Below the pieces are notes generated by a model that saw nothing but the letters and a program-made list of their open reading frames with translations, had not been told where the DNA came from and searched no databases. The position numbers were made by a program, and so were the translations under genes. DNA of 64,000 nt from a virus: IMG/VR virus record IMGVR_UViG_3300017991_004311, positions 1-64,000 of that record. One strand, written 5' to 3'. Positions 50,775-59,821 of this stretch are shown here, one piece after another (the first letter of the stretch is position 1; each line of letters starts with the position of its first letter).

Positions 50775-50808
50775 CGGGGTGCCTCAGAAATGGGGCGCCC
50801 CGTTTTTT
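50775..50808 (+). terminator. Intrinsic terminator after the TROVE gene
   Basis: CGGGGTGCCTCA-GAAA-TGGGGCGCCCCG followed by T6. Confidence 0.85.
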
Positions 50809-50825
50809 GTGGAAATTTCCAAGCC

Positions 50826-51018
50826 TGTGGATAAGGTGTAACCTAGCGTTACATGTTATCCACAAGTTATCCACAGACAGTCTTTAGATTTCAATCAATC
50901 CCTTTCTTGCTGAAATCCTGTAAATCCGCTCCGATCCTGCCTTGCGTCTATTCCGGGGGAAAATGGGGTTCCTTGAGCCTGTGGATAAAGTGTAACCTAG
51001 CGTTACAGGTTATCCACA
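50826..51018. promoter_or_regulatory. Five DnaA boxes in two palindromic units (sites 2 and 3); candidate origin
   Basis: TGTGGATAA at 50826 and 50980; TTATCCACA at 50856, 50867 and 51010; each unit centred on TGTAAC-CTAGC-GTTACA. Confidence 0.85.
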
Positions 51019-51198
51019 GGGAAACGTGCAATTCCGTCAATCGCCCGTTGGAAAAGACGGGCGTTTTTCATGGAATGCGGTCCCGCTTTTTTGTTGGAAT
51101 CGCGCAATCCCGCTCCAGTCTTGCGTTGCCTCCACCCCAACCTGAAATAAATTTTCTCTAATATAAGAGGGCAATGAAAAATGTGATATGGTTGAGAG

Positions 51199-53418
51199 GT
51201 GAGCGCTGTGCCTGAAGAGACTGAGAGGTTCGTGAGCATCCCGGCGAAGGGGATGGCGGACCATACGAGGAAGCACCCGAGCCACAAGATCGTCACCAAG
51301 ACGCTGTCGAAGCGCGAGGGGATCTCCGCGCTCTATTGCGTGACCTGCGCGAAGATCGCCACGTACCTGTTCGAGAAGGCCAAGGGCTGGACCATGTCGA
51401 AGGCGAAGGCGTGGATGAAGCAGCACAAGGCGTTTTCCCTGGTGGAGGTCGGGGAGGCCGGTCCCGTGTTCCGGCGCATCACGGAGTCGGGCACCGAGGA
51501 TGTCACCGTTCCCGTGTTGGCCGATGAGATGAAGGAGCAGGAGGCCCCGGAGAAGATCGCGGCGGAGAACCGCACCATCTTCATGTTCTCGGCGATCGAG
51601 GACGGCCTGGCGGAGCTCATGTGCCGGCGTCTGCTGGCGCTGGACAAGATCAGCGACACGGAGCCGATCACCATCATCATCTCGTCCTTCGGCGGGAGCG
51701 TGTACGCGTCCTTCGCGATCACGGACATGATGGAGTACATTCGGGCCCCTATCGTGACTATCGGCATCGGCAAGATCATGAGCGCGGGCCTGATGATTTT
51801 CATGGCGGGCGACGAGCGCCTGGTGAGTCAGAACGTGAACATTCTGGCGCACCGGTTCTCCGCAGGCGTGGGCGGCACGCAGGCCGAGATCAAGGCGCGT
51901 CAGCGGGAATTCGACATCATCCATGACCAGATGGTCGCGCATTTCATCAAGCACTGCAACCTTACCACCAAGGAAGAGATCGAGGATACGCTCCTGCGGG
52001 AGACGGACACGTACCTGACCCCGGAGGAGCTCATGCAGTACGGCATCGCGGACAGGTTCTTCGACAAGGCGGACGACGACCGGTCGGAGACGCCCGAGCA
52101 ACCCGAGAGCATTTCTCCTCCTCTTACCCCCTCGGCTGACGGCACGGTCGAGGGTAGCTCGGCGAATGACACCAAAGGGCCTCTTCCGGGCACGGGGGAG
52201 GCCCCCGAGCAGGAGATCAGGGAGGCAATCGGCGGATCGCGCACCCTGCCGCTGGACAAGTCTTCAAAGTGGGACGGGTCCGCAGCGGAGGGGAGGATCA
52301 GGCGATGGGCCGGGGGTCCGAAGAAGGAGGAGATGGAATGGGCCCGGTACCGCAGGGCATTCGTCTGGTACGACCCCAAGCAGAAGGATGCATTTGCGGG
52401 CTATAAGCTCCCGTTCGCCGACGTGACCGGCGGCAAGCTCACGGCGGTGTGGGGAGGGGTGTCGGCGGCCATGGCCGCGGTGCTCGGTTCCCGGGGTGGA
52501 GTAAACATCCCGGACAAGCGGGCCGCGTACAATTTCCTGGCGGGCTATTACCGGAAGTTCGAGAAGAAGCCCCCGAAGTACCACACGAGCCAAAGCATAT
52601 ACGGATTCTACGGGTACGGGCAATACGGGTATGTGAGTGCCCAGTTCCAGAAAGCGCTCATCCTGCTGAAGCGGATGATCACGGCCGACCCCGACAGCGA
52701 GAAGCTGCGGAGGGCGTACCGGCTCCTGGACCCGGCGGTGAACCGGAGGACCGCGTTCAAGGCGATCGATTCGACGATGACGGCGGTCGCGACCCTCCAG
52801 ACCGTGAAGGGCACGAAGGGGATCATCGACCTCGTGCGGACCACGCGCGGGGAGGTCATCACGCGCACCCCGCGCATCATCGAGGGCAAACCGATGGCCG
52901 GGACGTGGGCGGCCCCGGTCGACTCCGTCGATTGGGTGGAGAGCGACAGGAACAAGCCGTTCCGGTTCTCCGGGATTGCGCTGAGGACCGAGGCCGTGTC
53001 CGGGAACGGGCGCTATTATCCCCGGAAGGTCGTGGAGACGGCGGTGGCCGAGGCGCAACAGGAGGCTTCGGCCGTGCTCACGATCTGCGCCGGACACCCG
53101 GACGAGGAGGACACCAGCCCCATGTCCATCGTGGGCAAGGTGCCGGAGATACAACTGAACGACCAGGGCGAAGTCACATTTGTCGGGGAGATTGTCGATA
53201 CGAGGCTGGGAGAGGATGTGCGGAAGCTGCTCAGATTCCTCCCCGCGGGAACGCAACCATTGTCCCTGCGGGCTAGCGGCAGCACGGTGTATGAAACGGT
53301 TGGTGGGAGCCGTCGCGAGAGGGTGCTTGAGATGCACTTTCGCGGATTTGACCTCGTGCGTCACGGGGGCGTTGTCGGTGCGGCGGTGCAGCAGGTACTC
53401 GAAAGCGGAGGTGAATAG
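51199..53418 (+). CDS. Multidomain prohead protease: ClpP domain plus T4-gp21/HK97-type protease domain
   Basis: ISSFGGSV, IMSAG, LAHRF and TDTYLT (ClpP). SGNGRYYP, GHP, LSLRASG and FDLV (second protease). Confidence 0.8.
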   Translation: MSAVPEETERFVSIPAKGMADHTRKHPSHKIVTKTLSKREGISALYCVTCAKIATYLFEKAKGWTMSKAKAWMKQHKAFSLVEVGEAGPVFRRITESGTEDVTVPVLADEMKEQEAPEKIAAENRTIFMFSAIEDGLAELMCRRLLALDKISDTEPITIIISSFGGSVYASFAITDMMEYIRAPIVTIGIGKIMSAGLMIFMAGDERLVSQNVNILAHRFSAGVGGTQAEIKARQREFDIIHDQMVAHFIKHCNLTTKEEIEDTLLRETDTYLTPEELMQYGIADRFFDKADDDRSETPEQPESISPPLTPSADGTVEGSSANDTKGPLPGTGEAPEQEIREAIGGSRTLPLDKSSKWDGSAAEGRIRRWAGGPKKEEMEWARYRRAFVWYDPKQKDAFAGYKLPFADVTGGKLTAVWGGVSAAMAAVLGSRGGVNIPDKRAAYNFLAGYYRKFEKKPPKYHTSQSIYGFYGYGQYGYVSAQFQKALILLKRMITADPDSEKLRRAYRLLDPAVNRRTAFKAIDSTMTAVATLQTVKGTKGIIDLVRTTRGEVITRTPRIIEGKPMAGTWAAPVDSVDWVESDRNKPFRFSGIALRTEAVSGNGRYYPRKVVETAVAEAQQEASAVLTICAGHPDEEDTSPMSIVGKVPEIQLNDQGEVTFVGEIVDTRLGEDVRKLLRFLPAGTQPLSLRASGSTVYETVGGSRRERVLEMHFRGFDLVRHGGVVGAAVQQVLESGGE

Positions 53419-53421
53419 CAC

Positions 53422-53955
53422 ATGGGCATGACCAACGAGGAGCTCCTGGCAAGTCCCGAGGTCCAGACGCTGATCGAGGCGAAGGCCACGTCGTTGATGG
53501 AGGAGATCGATTCCCTCAAGGCGGAGCGCGACGGACTGAAGGGCAAGGCCAAGGAGCTTGAGACGCAGCTCGCGGACGCCCGGGGCAAGGTGGAGGCCTA
53601 CGAGGCCGAGAAGGCGCAGAGGGAACTCACCGAATACCGGGCGGGGAAGATCGCCGCGCTGGAGATCAGCCAGAGGGCGAAGGAGCTGCTCACGGAGCGC
53701 GTTGCGGGCGACACGAAGGAGACGGTCGACACGTCGATCGAGTCCGAGATGGCCTTCATCAAGAAGGTGGCGCCGGACGTGCTGACGAAGGAAGCGCCGA
53801 AGAATCGGGGCATCCCGCCCGCAGAGCATGAGGAAGGGGACGCGAAGCCGAAGGACAAGCCGAGCGACCGCGACATCCTGCGGGAGGGCAACCCGAATTT
53901 CGAGATAGCGGAAGCGATCGGGCACATCAAGGAGCCGTCCGAGGACGAGGACTAG
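53422..53955 (+). CDS. Capsid scaffolding protein
   Basis: Acidic coiled coil between the protease and capsid genes. Confidence 0.7.
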   Translation: MGMTNEELLASPEVQTLIEAKATSLMEEIDSLKAERDGLKGKAKELETQLADARGKVEAYEAEKAQRELTEYRAGKIAALEISQRAKELLTERVAGDTKETVDTSIESEMAFIKKVAPDVLTKEAPKNRGIPPAEHEEGDAKPKDKPSDRDILREGNPNFEIAEAIGHIKEPSEDED

Positions 53956-53969
53956 GGGGTGAAACATCA

Positions 53970-54440
53970 GTGGCTAAGCAGATCATGACCTACAACGCCC
54001 AGGTGGAGAATTTCCTCCGGGCGGGGGTCCTGACGGAGTTCGAGGCCGCGGAGACCATCTACGCCGGTGACCAGGTTTACCTGGACGGCGGGGGGCTCCT
54101 GCGGCGAGCGACCGACCCCATGCTGGTGAACACCACGGGCGGAATCTGTGGTGTGGCCGAGGGGGCCGGGGTTGCGGGGGATGACGTATTGGTATGGCAG
54201 AGTGGCGTGTTTGAGTTCACCACGAACCAGACCTGCGCGATCAACCCCGGGAATTACGTGTATGTGGCGGGGAATGCCACCATGGTTGACCTTGGTGGGG
54301 GCAATTCGAACGAGATTTCGAGCGGTGTGGCCGAATCGAATACGGCCGGGACCGCGGCCGGGGAGGTAGTGGAGGTATTCATCACCCCGGTGCGCAAGCG
54401 GAGCCCGTACTTGTACGACAGCTCCACACCGTATCTATAG
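53970..54440 (+). CDS. Head decoration/cement protein (DUF2190-like)
   Basis: AAETIYAGD.V...GVA...AGD.V.V...GVFEF pattern; immediately before the MCP. Confidence 0.65.
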   Translation: MAKQIMTYNAQVENFLRAGVLTEFEAAETIYAGDQVYLDGGGLLRRATDPMLVNTTGGICGVAEGAGVAGDDVLVWQSGVFEFTTNQTCAINPGNYVYVAGNATMVDLGGGNSNEISSGVAESNTAGTAAGEVVEVFITPVRKRSPYLYDSSTPYL

Positions 54441-54474
54441 ACTACCGCGCTTTTAGCGACGGAGGTGAAATTCT

Positions 54475-55443
54475 GTGAACGACGACAAGGTGATGTCCAC
54501 CAAGGACATGAACGAAGCCCTGAGTCGCGGCACCTCTGGCTGGAATGAGGCACAGATCCGCGTGCTTCAGCGCCTGCTCACTGAAGCGCGGGTGACCAGC
54601 GAGGTTCCCGAGCTCCTGCGGACCGCGTTCAACACGAAGCTGTTGGACGGGTACGCGGAGTACACGGCGATGTGGCCGCGGGTGTTCGACACGCTGACCC
54701 TGACCAAGGGGAAGGCGGTCGACCTGCCGGGATTGAAGGGGATCCACATCTATAAATCTGGTGCGCAGGCAAGCGGTGAGACCGGGAGGGAAGTGCGTCA
54801 TACCGGTCCCGTTTCCGGCGAGGCCAAGATGGAAGTGGACAAGTACGAGTGTATCGTGGGATTCGACGAGGATATGCTTGAGGATATCGAGGTCGATCTG
54901 ATGGGATGGTTCCTGCGCATGGTCGGCCACCGCTTCAAGCAGAAGGAAGATTATGTGGCGTTCGCCTCGGTCACCACGCGCGGTGGCTCGATGACGGCGA
55001 ACACGGCGACGGGACTGACCGCGGCTTCAATCGCGAGCGCGATCGCACTGGAGATGAACCGGACCTACACGGCGAACAACTACACGGAACGGGAGCCGAT
55101 CGCGCCGGACACGATCATCGTGGACCCGACGCACCTCTACACCGCGCAGGAGATCCTGAACACGACCCTCACGGTGACCACGAACATGGCGGGGACGACC
55201 GCCGCGGGCGGAAGCAACGTGTTCCAGAACATCCTGAACATCGTTTCGACCCCCTACATCGACAGCGACTACTACTACATCGGGAAGGCGCGGACGTTCG
55301 GAGGATGCCTGTTCCTGCGGCGTCTGATGCTCCAGATCAAGAACTGGGAGGACCTGCTCCGGGATACCGAGAACACACGGGCGAAGGCACGGTTCGACGC
55401 GGACGTGGTCGAACCGGACAAATGGGTGCGGACTGCGTATTAG
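54475..55443 (+). CDS. Major capsid protein (HK97 fold, Mu gpT-like)
   Basis: Position, 322 aa, ELLRTAFNTKLLDGY and PDTIIVDP. Confidence 0.8.
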   Translation: MNDDKVMSTKDMNEALSRGTSGWNEAQIRVLQRLLTEARVTSEVPELLRTAFNTKLLDGYAEYTAMWPRVFDTLTLTKGKAVDLPGLKGIHIYKSGAQASGETGREVRHTGPVSGEAKMEVDKYECIVGFDEDMLEDIEVDLMGWFLRMVGHRFKQKEDYVAFASVTTRGGSMTANTATGLTAASIASAIALEMNRTYTANNYTEREPIAPDTIIVDPTHLYTAQEILNTTLTVTTNMAGTTAAGGSNVFQNILNIVSTPYIDSDYYYIGKARTFGGCLFLRRLMLQIKNWEDLLRDTENTRAKARFDADVVEPDKWVRTAY

Positions 55444-55778
55444 AGAGGACGCGAATGCGGACTTTGAGTTGACGGATACGGGCGGCGGGTTGATTCTCGC
55501 CGCCCGCGCTGCAATTATTACCGGGTAATAATTTTCAGGGAGGGAATGACGGATGGTTGATGACGGGTTTGTGGGCATACCGGTGAGGTTGGGGAAAATG
55601 GGGAGGAAGGGAAGCCCCGAGGCGCTGGAGCAGTGGCGCGACCTGGACCGGAAGAGGCACGAGAGGGAGGAGCACAGGGCCGAGAAGGAGTTCCGGGACA
55701 GGCGCAAGACCAAACGGGCGAAGAAGCGGGCCCCGGCCAAGCGCACGCCCGCCACCACGGGGAAGGGGGGATGACACA

Positions 55779-56084
55779 ATGGCGATAACGAGGAACTCGC
55801 TCCCGATGGGCGACTGGCTGAAGGGGGGTATTCTTTCGACGCAGGTGAACGTGGGCGCGACGGCCACGGCGCTCCCGACCACGGCGCTGACCAACCGGCG
55901 CCTGCTGATAGTCTACAACAACTCGGGTGGGGTGATTTACCTGGGTGACTCGACGGTGACGGTGACGAACGGGTTCCCCCTTGCCAATGGCGGGACATTC
56001 GAGATAAAGCTGGACGCGGGCGTGACCCTGTACGCGATCGCATCGGCCGCGAACAAGGACGTGCGGGTGTTCGAGGGGGCCTGA
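55779..56084 (+). CDS. Small virion-associated beta protein
   Basis: RRLLIVYNNSGGVIYLGD..VT..NGFPL; lies after the MCP. Confidence 0.55.
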   Translation: MAITRNSLPMGDWLKGGILSTQVNVGATATALPTTALTNRRLLIVYNNSGGVIYLGDSTVTVTNGFPLANGGTFEIKLDAGVTLYAIASAANKDVRVFEGA

Positions 56085-56130
56085 AGGTTCGGCATTATTC
56101 ACGCGGGGACATCCCGCGAAGGAGGATGAC

Positions 56131-56496
56131 ATGAAGAAGGCGGTGGTAGGGATTATGGCGGTGGCATTGGCCTTGGGTATCGGGGTGGCGTTCGCGGCCC
56201 CTCCGCAAGCAGTCAACTCGGCGAGCTTCGATATCGGGGCGTTCACCGGGGCGACCGCGTTCGTGGGGGAGGACGCGAAGCTCGGTATCGAGGCGGGATG
56301 GTACTGGGGCGACTTCGGGGTCGGGGCGCGATACGATCTCTACCAGAAGGATGAGTTCACCGTCGGCCCGACGCTATCGGTTGCCGATGGGAAGCTGGTG
56401 TACGGCGGGTATATACGGTACAGGGAATACCAGATCGGACTGCGCACGACTCGGGCCAAGACAGCGTTTACATTCGGATATCGCTACACGTGGTAG
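56131..56496 (+). CDS. Exported outer-membrane beta-barrel-like protein
   Basis: Signal peptide ending AFA; C-terminal FTFGYRYTW resembles a beta signal. Confidence 0.6.
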   Translation: MKKAVVGIMAVALALGIGVAFAAPPQAVNSASFDIGAFTGATAFVGEDAKLGIEAGWYWGDFGVGARYDLYQKDEFTVGPTLSVADGKLVYGGYIRYREYQIGLRTTRAKTAFTFGYRYTW

Positions 56497-56669
56497 GACA
56501 CTAGGGGACAGAAACCATGAGCGAAGAGAGGAGCGGAACGGGGACGCGGGGATCGCCGAAGGACAACCCCCGCGACGATGAGGAGCGGAGGAAGGAACGG
56601 GAAAGGCGGGAACGCAGGAAGAGGCAGGAGGAGCGTAGGGAGAAGCGGAAAGAAAAAAAGGGGGAAGAC

Positions 56670-57083
56670 ATGGCAGAAAAGGAAAGGGAGGTCGGATGGG
56701 ACCTGAACGCCAAGGAGATGAACGACGAGTACTTGGCGGGGAACCTTGATGCGAGGAATCAAACCAGGTTCCTCTGGCAGAGGATGGAATCGGCGGCCAT
56801 CCAGGACGAGCGGACGTCGACGCAGAACAGGGAAGAGGAGCGGCACCAGCGCGAACTGCTCGCGATCGCGCGCGAACGGAACGAGTTGGAGACCACGAAC
56901 ATGGTCGCGAAGATGAACCAGAGGGCGTCGGAGCTATCGATCGACCGCTGGTGGAACCTGGACGAGGCCTCGGCATTCCACACCAACATCGTCGGAACGT
57001 TGGCGAGCAACCCGGTGTTCCAGGATGCGATTCGTGCGATTGTCGTCAAGGTGTTGGAGGACATGGGAGTGAAGAAGGAATAG
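56670..57083 (+). CDS. Hypothetical protein
   Basis: MAEKERE start; may extend upstream to 56517. Confidence 0.55.
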   Translation: MAEKEREVGWDLNAKEMNDEYLAGNLDARNQTRFLWQRMESAAIQDERTSTQNREEERHQRELLAIARERNELETTNMVAKMNQRASELSIDRWWNLDEASAFHTNIVGTLASNPVFQDAIRAIVVKVLEDMGVKKE

Positions 57084-57142
57084 CACCCTTCGGGGCTAGG
57101 GCCAAAGACCCCGGCCCCATGCCATATTCGACGGGGGTCGCG

Positions 57143-57451
57143 ATGAACGGGTGTCCGTTCTGCCCATTGGAGCGGCTCACGGAATGGTACCTGGAGGAGC
57201 GGAGCGGGATCGTCGTCTGCCGCGACCTCCACGACCGGGGCTACAAGAGAAGGCTGCTGGTGGTCGGGTCGGGGAGTCGGTGGCACCGCCCGAGGGAAGA
57301 ATACACACGCAGGGAGCTCAAGCATCTCGTCGCCCTCGGCCACCGGATCGCGTGGGAGCTTATCACCAGGGGCGAGGCGTCGAGGATCGCGGGCATCGAC
57401 TATGAGGTGAGCGTGATGGACCACTATCATATCCAGGTGTGCCTGACATGA
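57143..57451 (+). CDS. HIT-superfamily-like protein
   Basis: N-terminal CPFC and C-terminal HYHIQ. Confidence 0.6.
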   Translation: MNGCPFCPLERLTEWYLEERSGIVVCRDLHDRGYKRRLLVVGSGSRWHRPREEYTRRELKHLVALGHRIAWELITRGEASRIAGIDYEVSVMDHYHIQVCLT

Positions 57452-58005
57452 CGAACAGAGAGAAGTTGAGGATGATGCTGGGGGACCGGGACAAGGTGAA
57501 GGTCTCCGACAAGTTCGGGGTCGGCGACGGGCACGCCACGCATTTCACCCTGTCGCTATGCCCGGTCCGCTCCACCACGGAGGCCATCACCCTGGACGAT
57601 GTGGTCCAGACCAGGGACTCCGACTACACCATCAACAACGATACGGGCCTGGTGACGATGGCGACGGCCCCGACCCTGGGGCAGGTCCTGGTCGCGGGCA
57701 AGTACGAGTACAATGCCTTTTCCGACGACGAGATCGACCAGGTGCTCTCCGACTACGGGAACGACCTCAATTTGGCGGCGGCGCACTGCTGCCGGGCGCT
57801 CGCGGTCGAGGCGAGCCGGTGGTTCGCGTACTGGAGCGGGGACGAGAAGGTCGACAAGACCCAGAACGCCGAGCACTTCCGGAAGATGGCGGAGATGTTC
57901 GAGGCGCAGGCGGCCAGGGAGCAGACGGGCGACATTGCCATCGGGCTCCAGCGTTCGGAGATCTACGGGGACGAGACCGACACCTACGGTCTCCTCCAGG
58001 ACTGA
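57448..58005 (+). CDS. Head-tail adaptor with inserted beta domain
   Basis: LRMMLGD...FSDDEID..L...LAAA, interrupted by GDGHATHFTL...DYTINNDTGLVTM. Confidence 0.7.
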   Translation: MTNREKLRMMLGDRDKVKVSDKFGVGDGHATHFTLSLCPVRSTTEAITLDDVVQTRDSDYTINNDTGLVTMATAPTLGQVLVAGKYEYNAFSDDEIDQVLSDYGNDLNLAAAHCCRALAVEASRWFAYWSGDEKVDKTQNAEHFRKMAEMFEAQAAREQTGDIAIGLQRSEIYGDETDTYGLLQD

Positions 58006-58403
58006 TGGCGATGCTAAGCGAGAGGGACAGGGACTTCATCAGGGAGAGCGAGCGCGGGATACAGTCGGCCCGGCGCTGCGCCCCCGGGAGCTTCTACCTC
58101 ATCCACCGGTTGGGCGTGTCGGAGAGCGACCCGTTCACCGGGGAGGAGGACTACTCGGAGGAACGGGAGTACGTGGAGCCGGTGGTCGAGGTGATGAAAG
58201 GCGACGAGCGCGAGGTCGTGCCCTCCGGCATCCTGAGCCAGGGCGATATCATCTGCACCTTCGAGGACGCCGACGGCCTTGACCTCGACGACGTGCGCCA
58301 AGTGGTGTACGGCGGCGAGACCTACCGGGTGGCGAGGCACTACAACAAGGGACTCGGGGAGATGTACTCCCGCAAGCAGCTGTTTTGCAGCAAGGAGACA
58401 TAG
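58005..58403 (+). CDS. Head closure/stopper protein (putative)
   Basis: Coupled to the adaptor; VVYGGETYRV motif. Confidence 0.6.
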   Translation: MAMLSERDRDFIRESERGIQSARRCAPGSFYLIHRLGVSESDPFTGEEDYSEEREYVEPVVEVMKGDEREVVPSGILSQGDIICTFEDADGLDLDDVRQVVYGGETYRVARHYNKGLGEMYSRKQLFCSKET

Positions 58404-58405
58404 CG

Positions 58406-58825
58406 ATGGCATGGACACCGCCTGTGCGCAATTTCGACCGGGTGCAATTCGCGGATTTGCGGAAGAAGGTTGATCCGATGATCAACGAATTGCACGACTC
58501 GCTTACACGGGCCTACTACGACTATTGGCGACACGGCCAGTCATGTCCCTGGCAGAGCTTCGACGTTCAGGCGACGCCGAAGGAATCGAAAGTGCTCTTT
58601 GATACACTGCACGGGCTGATTTTCGAGCATCACACGCGGGTGTTCCATGAGGAGAATCAGGCACTGCCCGCAAAAGACCGTATCCCGGAGGAGAAATACA
58701 ACGAAATCCGGGACGAGACCGGCGCATTGGTTGGCACGCGATCAGATGAGGCAGCGACGAAAATAGCAGCCCTGAAGGCAGAAGGGATCGAAATCACAGT
58801 ACCCGATATCAGCCGGGAGCGGTAG
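58406..58825 (+). CDS. Hypothetical protein
   Basis: AAGGAG RBS. Confidence 0.6.
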   Translation: MAWTPPVRNFDRVQFADLRKKVDPMINELHDSLTRAYYDYWRHGQSCPWQSFDVQATPKESKVLFDTLHGLIFEHHTRVFHEENQALPAKDRIPEEKYNEIRDETGALVGTRSDEAATKIAALKAEGIEITVPDISRER

Positions 58826-58828
58826 ACG

Positions 58829-59791
58829 ATGGTTCCGGTCACGCGAGTTGAAATCTCACCGGGTACGACCGGGTCATGGCAGGACGTTGATGTCAGCGCC
58901 TATGTCGATGCCGGGAACACCGCATTCGTAGTCCTGGAGATCGTCAGCAAGACTAACCAGAACGAGTTCTGGGGAGCTCGCTGCAACGGTTCCACCGATG
59001 ATCGTTATTCCAGCGTGTACAAATACAGCCATACGTATATGGCCGTAGCGGTTGATGACGATGACATCCTAGAAATCAAGCTGGAAAATGCCTTTATCGA
59101 TGTCTTTCTGGTCGCCTACGCCACGGATGACGAAGCGGGGGCACTGACAAACGGCACGGACGTGACTCCCGATTCTTCTGGCGATTGGGTGGATATTGAT
59201 ATATCGTCCGATACCGGTGATGACACGGCGGTATGTGCGTTTTTCGACGTGATGCCAACCGGGGATGATATCGGCTTCCGGCAAAACGGCTCTAGCGATG
59301 ATCGTTATGACGGGTATCACGGGTGGCATGATGCGGGCATGATGGCCTGTGACGGAAGTGAGATTGTTGAATGTAAAATTGAAGATGAAGTCAACATGGA
59401 GATTTATCTTCTGTGCTGGCTGACCGACAATTTCACGGCAATTACGAATGCCACGTTGTGTACTGTGTCCGAGCTTAGTGCCTGGGAGGACGAGGACCTT
59501 TCCGCTATCATTGATACCGGCCATGATGGGGCATTTTTCCACTTGTATTATGGATCAGCAGATTATGCTGGTATCAGGAAGAACGGGACAGAGATCGACA
59601 ACACGGATGATGTAAGCCAGCATACCTATGGTTGGGTAGAAACGGATGGATCGCAGGTTATCGAGTGGAATAGCGAAGCATGGGCGCTCGACCTCTATAT
59701 CTGGGGATCGACCGCACAGCCGTCAGCTGGACCAGAGACGCTGGAGATAAGTGTGTCGGAATGCGGTGAAGTGGGCGAGGCGGTGGCCTAG
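58829..59791 (+). CDS. Acidic three-repeat virion surface protein
   Basis: Three ~95-aa repeats of W.D.D.S...G.R.NG..DD. Confidence 0.6.
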   Translation: MVPVTRVEISPGTTGSWQDVDVSAYVDAGNTAFVVLEIVSKTNQNEFWGARCNGSTDDRYSSVYKYSHTYMAVAVDDDDILEIKLENAFIDVFLVAYATDDEAGALTNGTDVTPDSSGDWVDIDISSDTGDDTAVCAFFDVMPTGDDIGFRQNGSSDDRYDGYHGWHDAGMMACDGSEIVECKIEDEVNMEIYLLCWLTDNFTAITNATLCTVSELSAWEDEDLSAIIDTGHDGAFFHLYYGSADYAGIRKNGTEIDNTDDVSQHTYGWVETDGSQVIEWNSEAWALDLYIWGSTAQPSAGPETLEISVSECGEVGEAVA

Positions 59792-59821
59792 GGACTAATA
59801 CCAGAAAAGCGGTTCGAGGAG

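Noticed and set aside
50826-51018. Host chromosomal oriC
   Set aside because: The flanks are phage genes, with no dnaA, dnaN or other housekeeping context.
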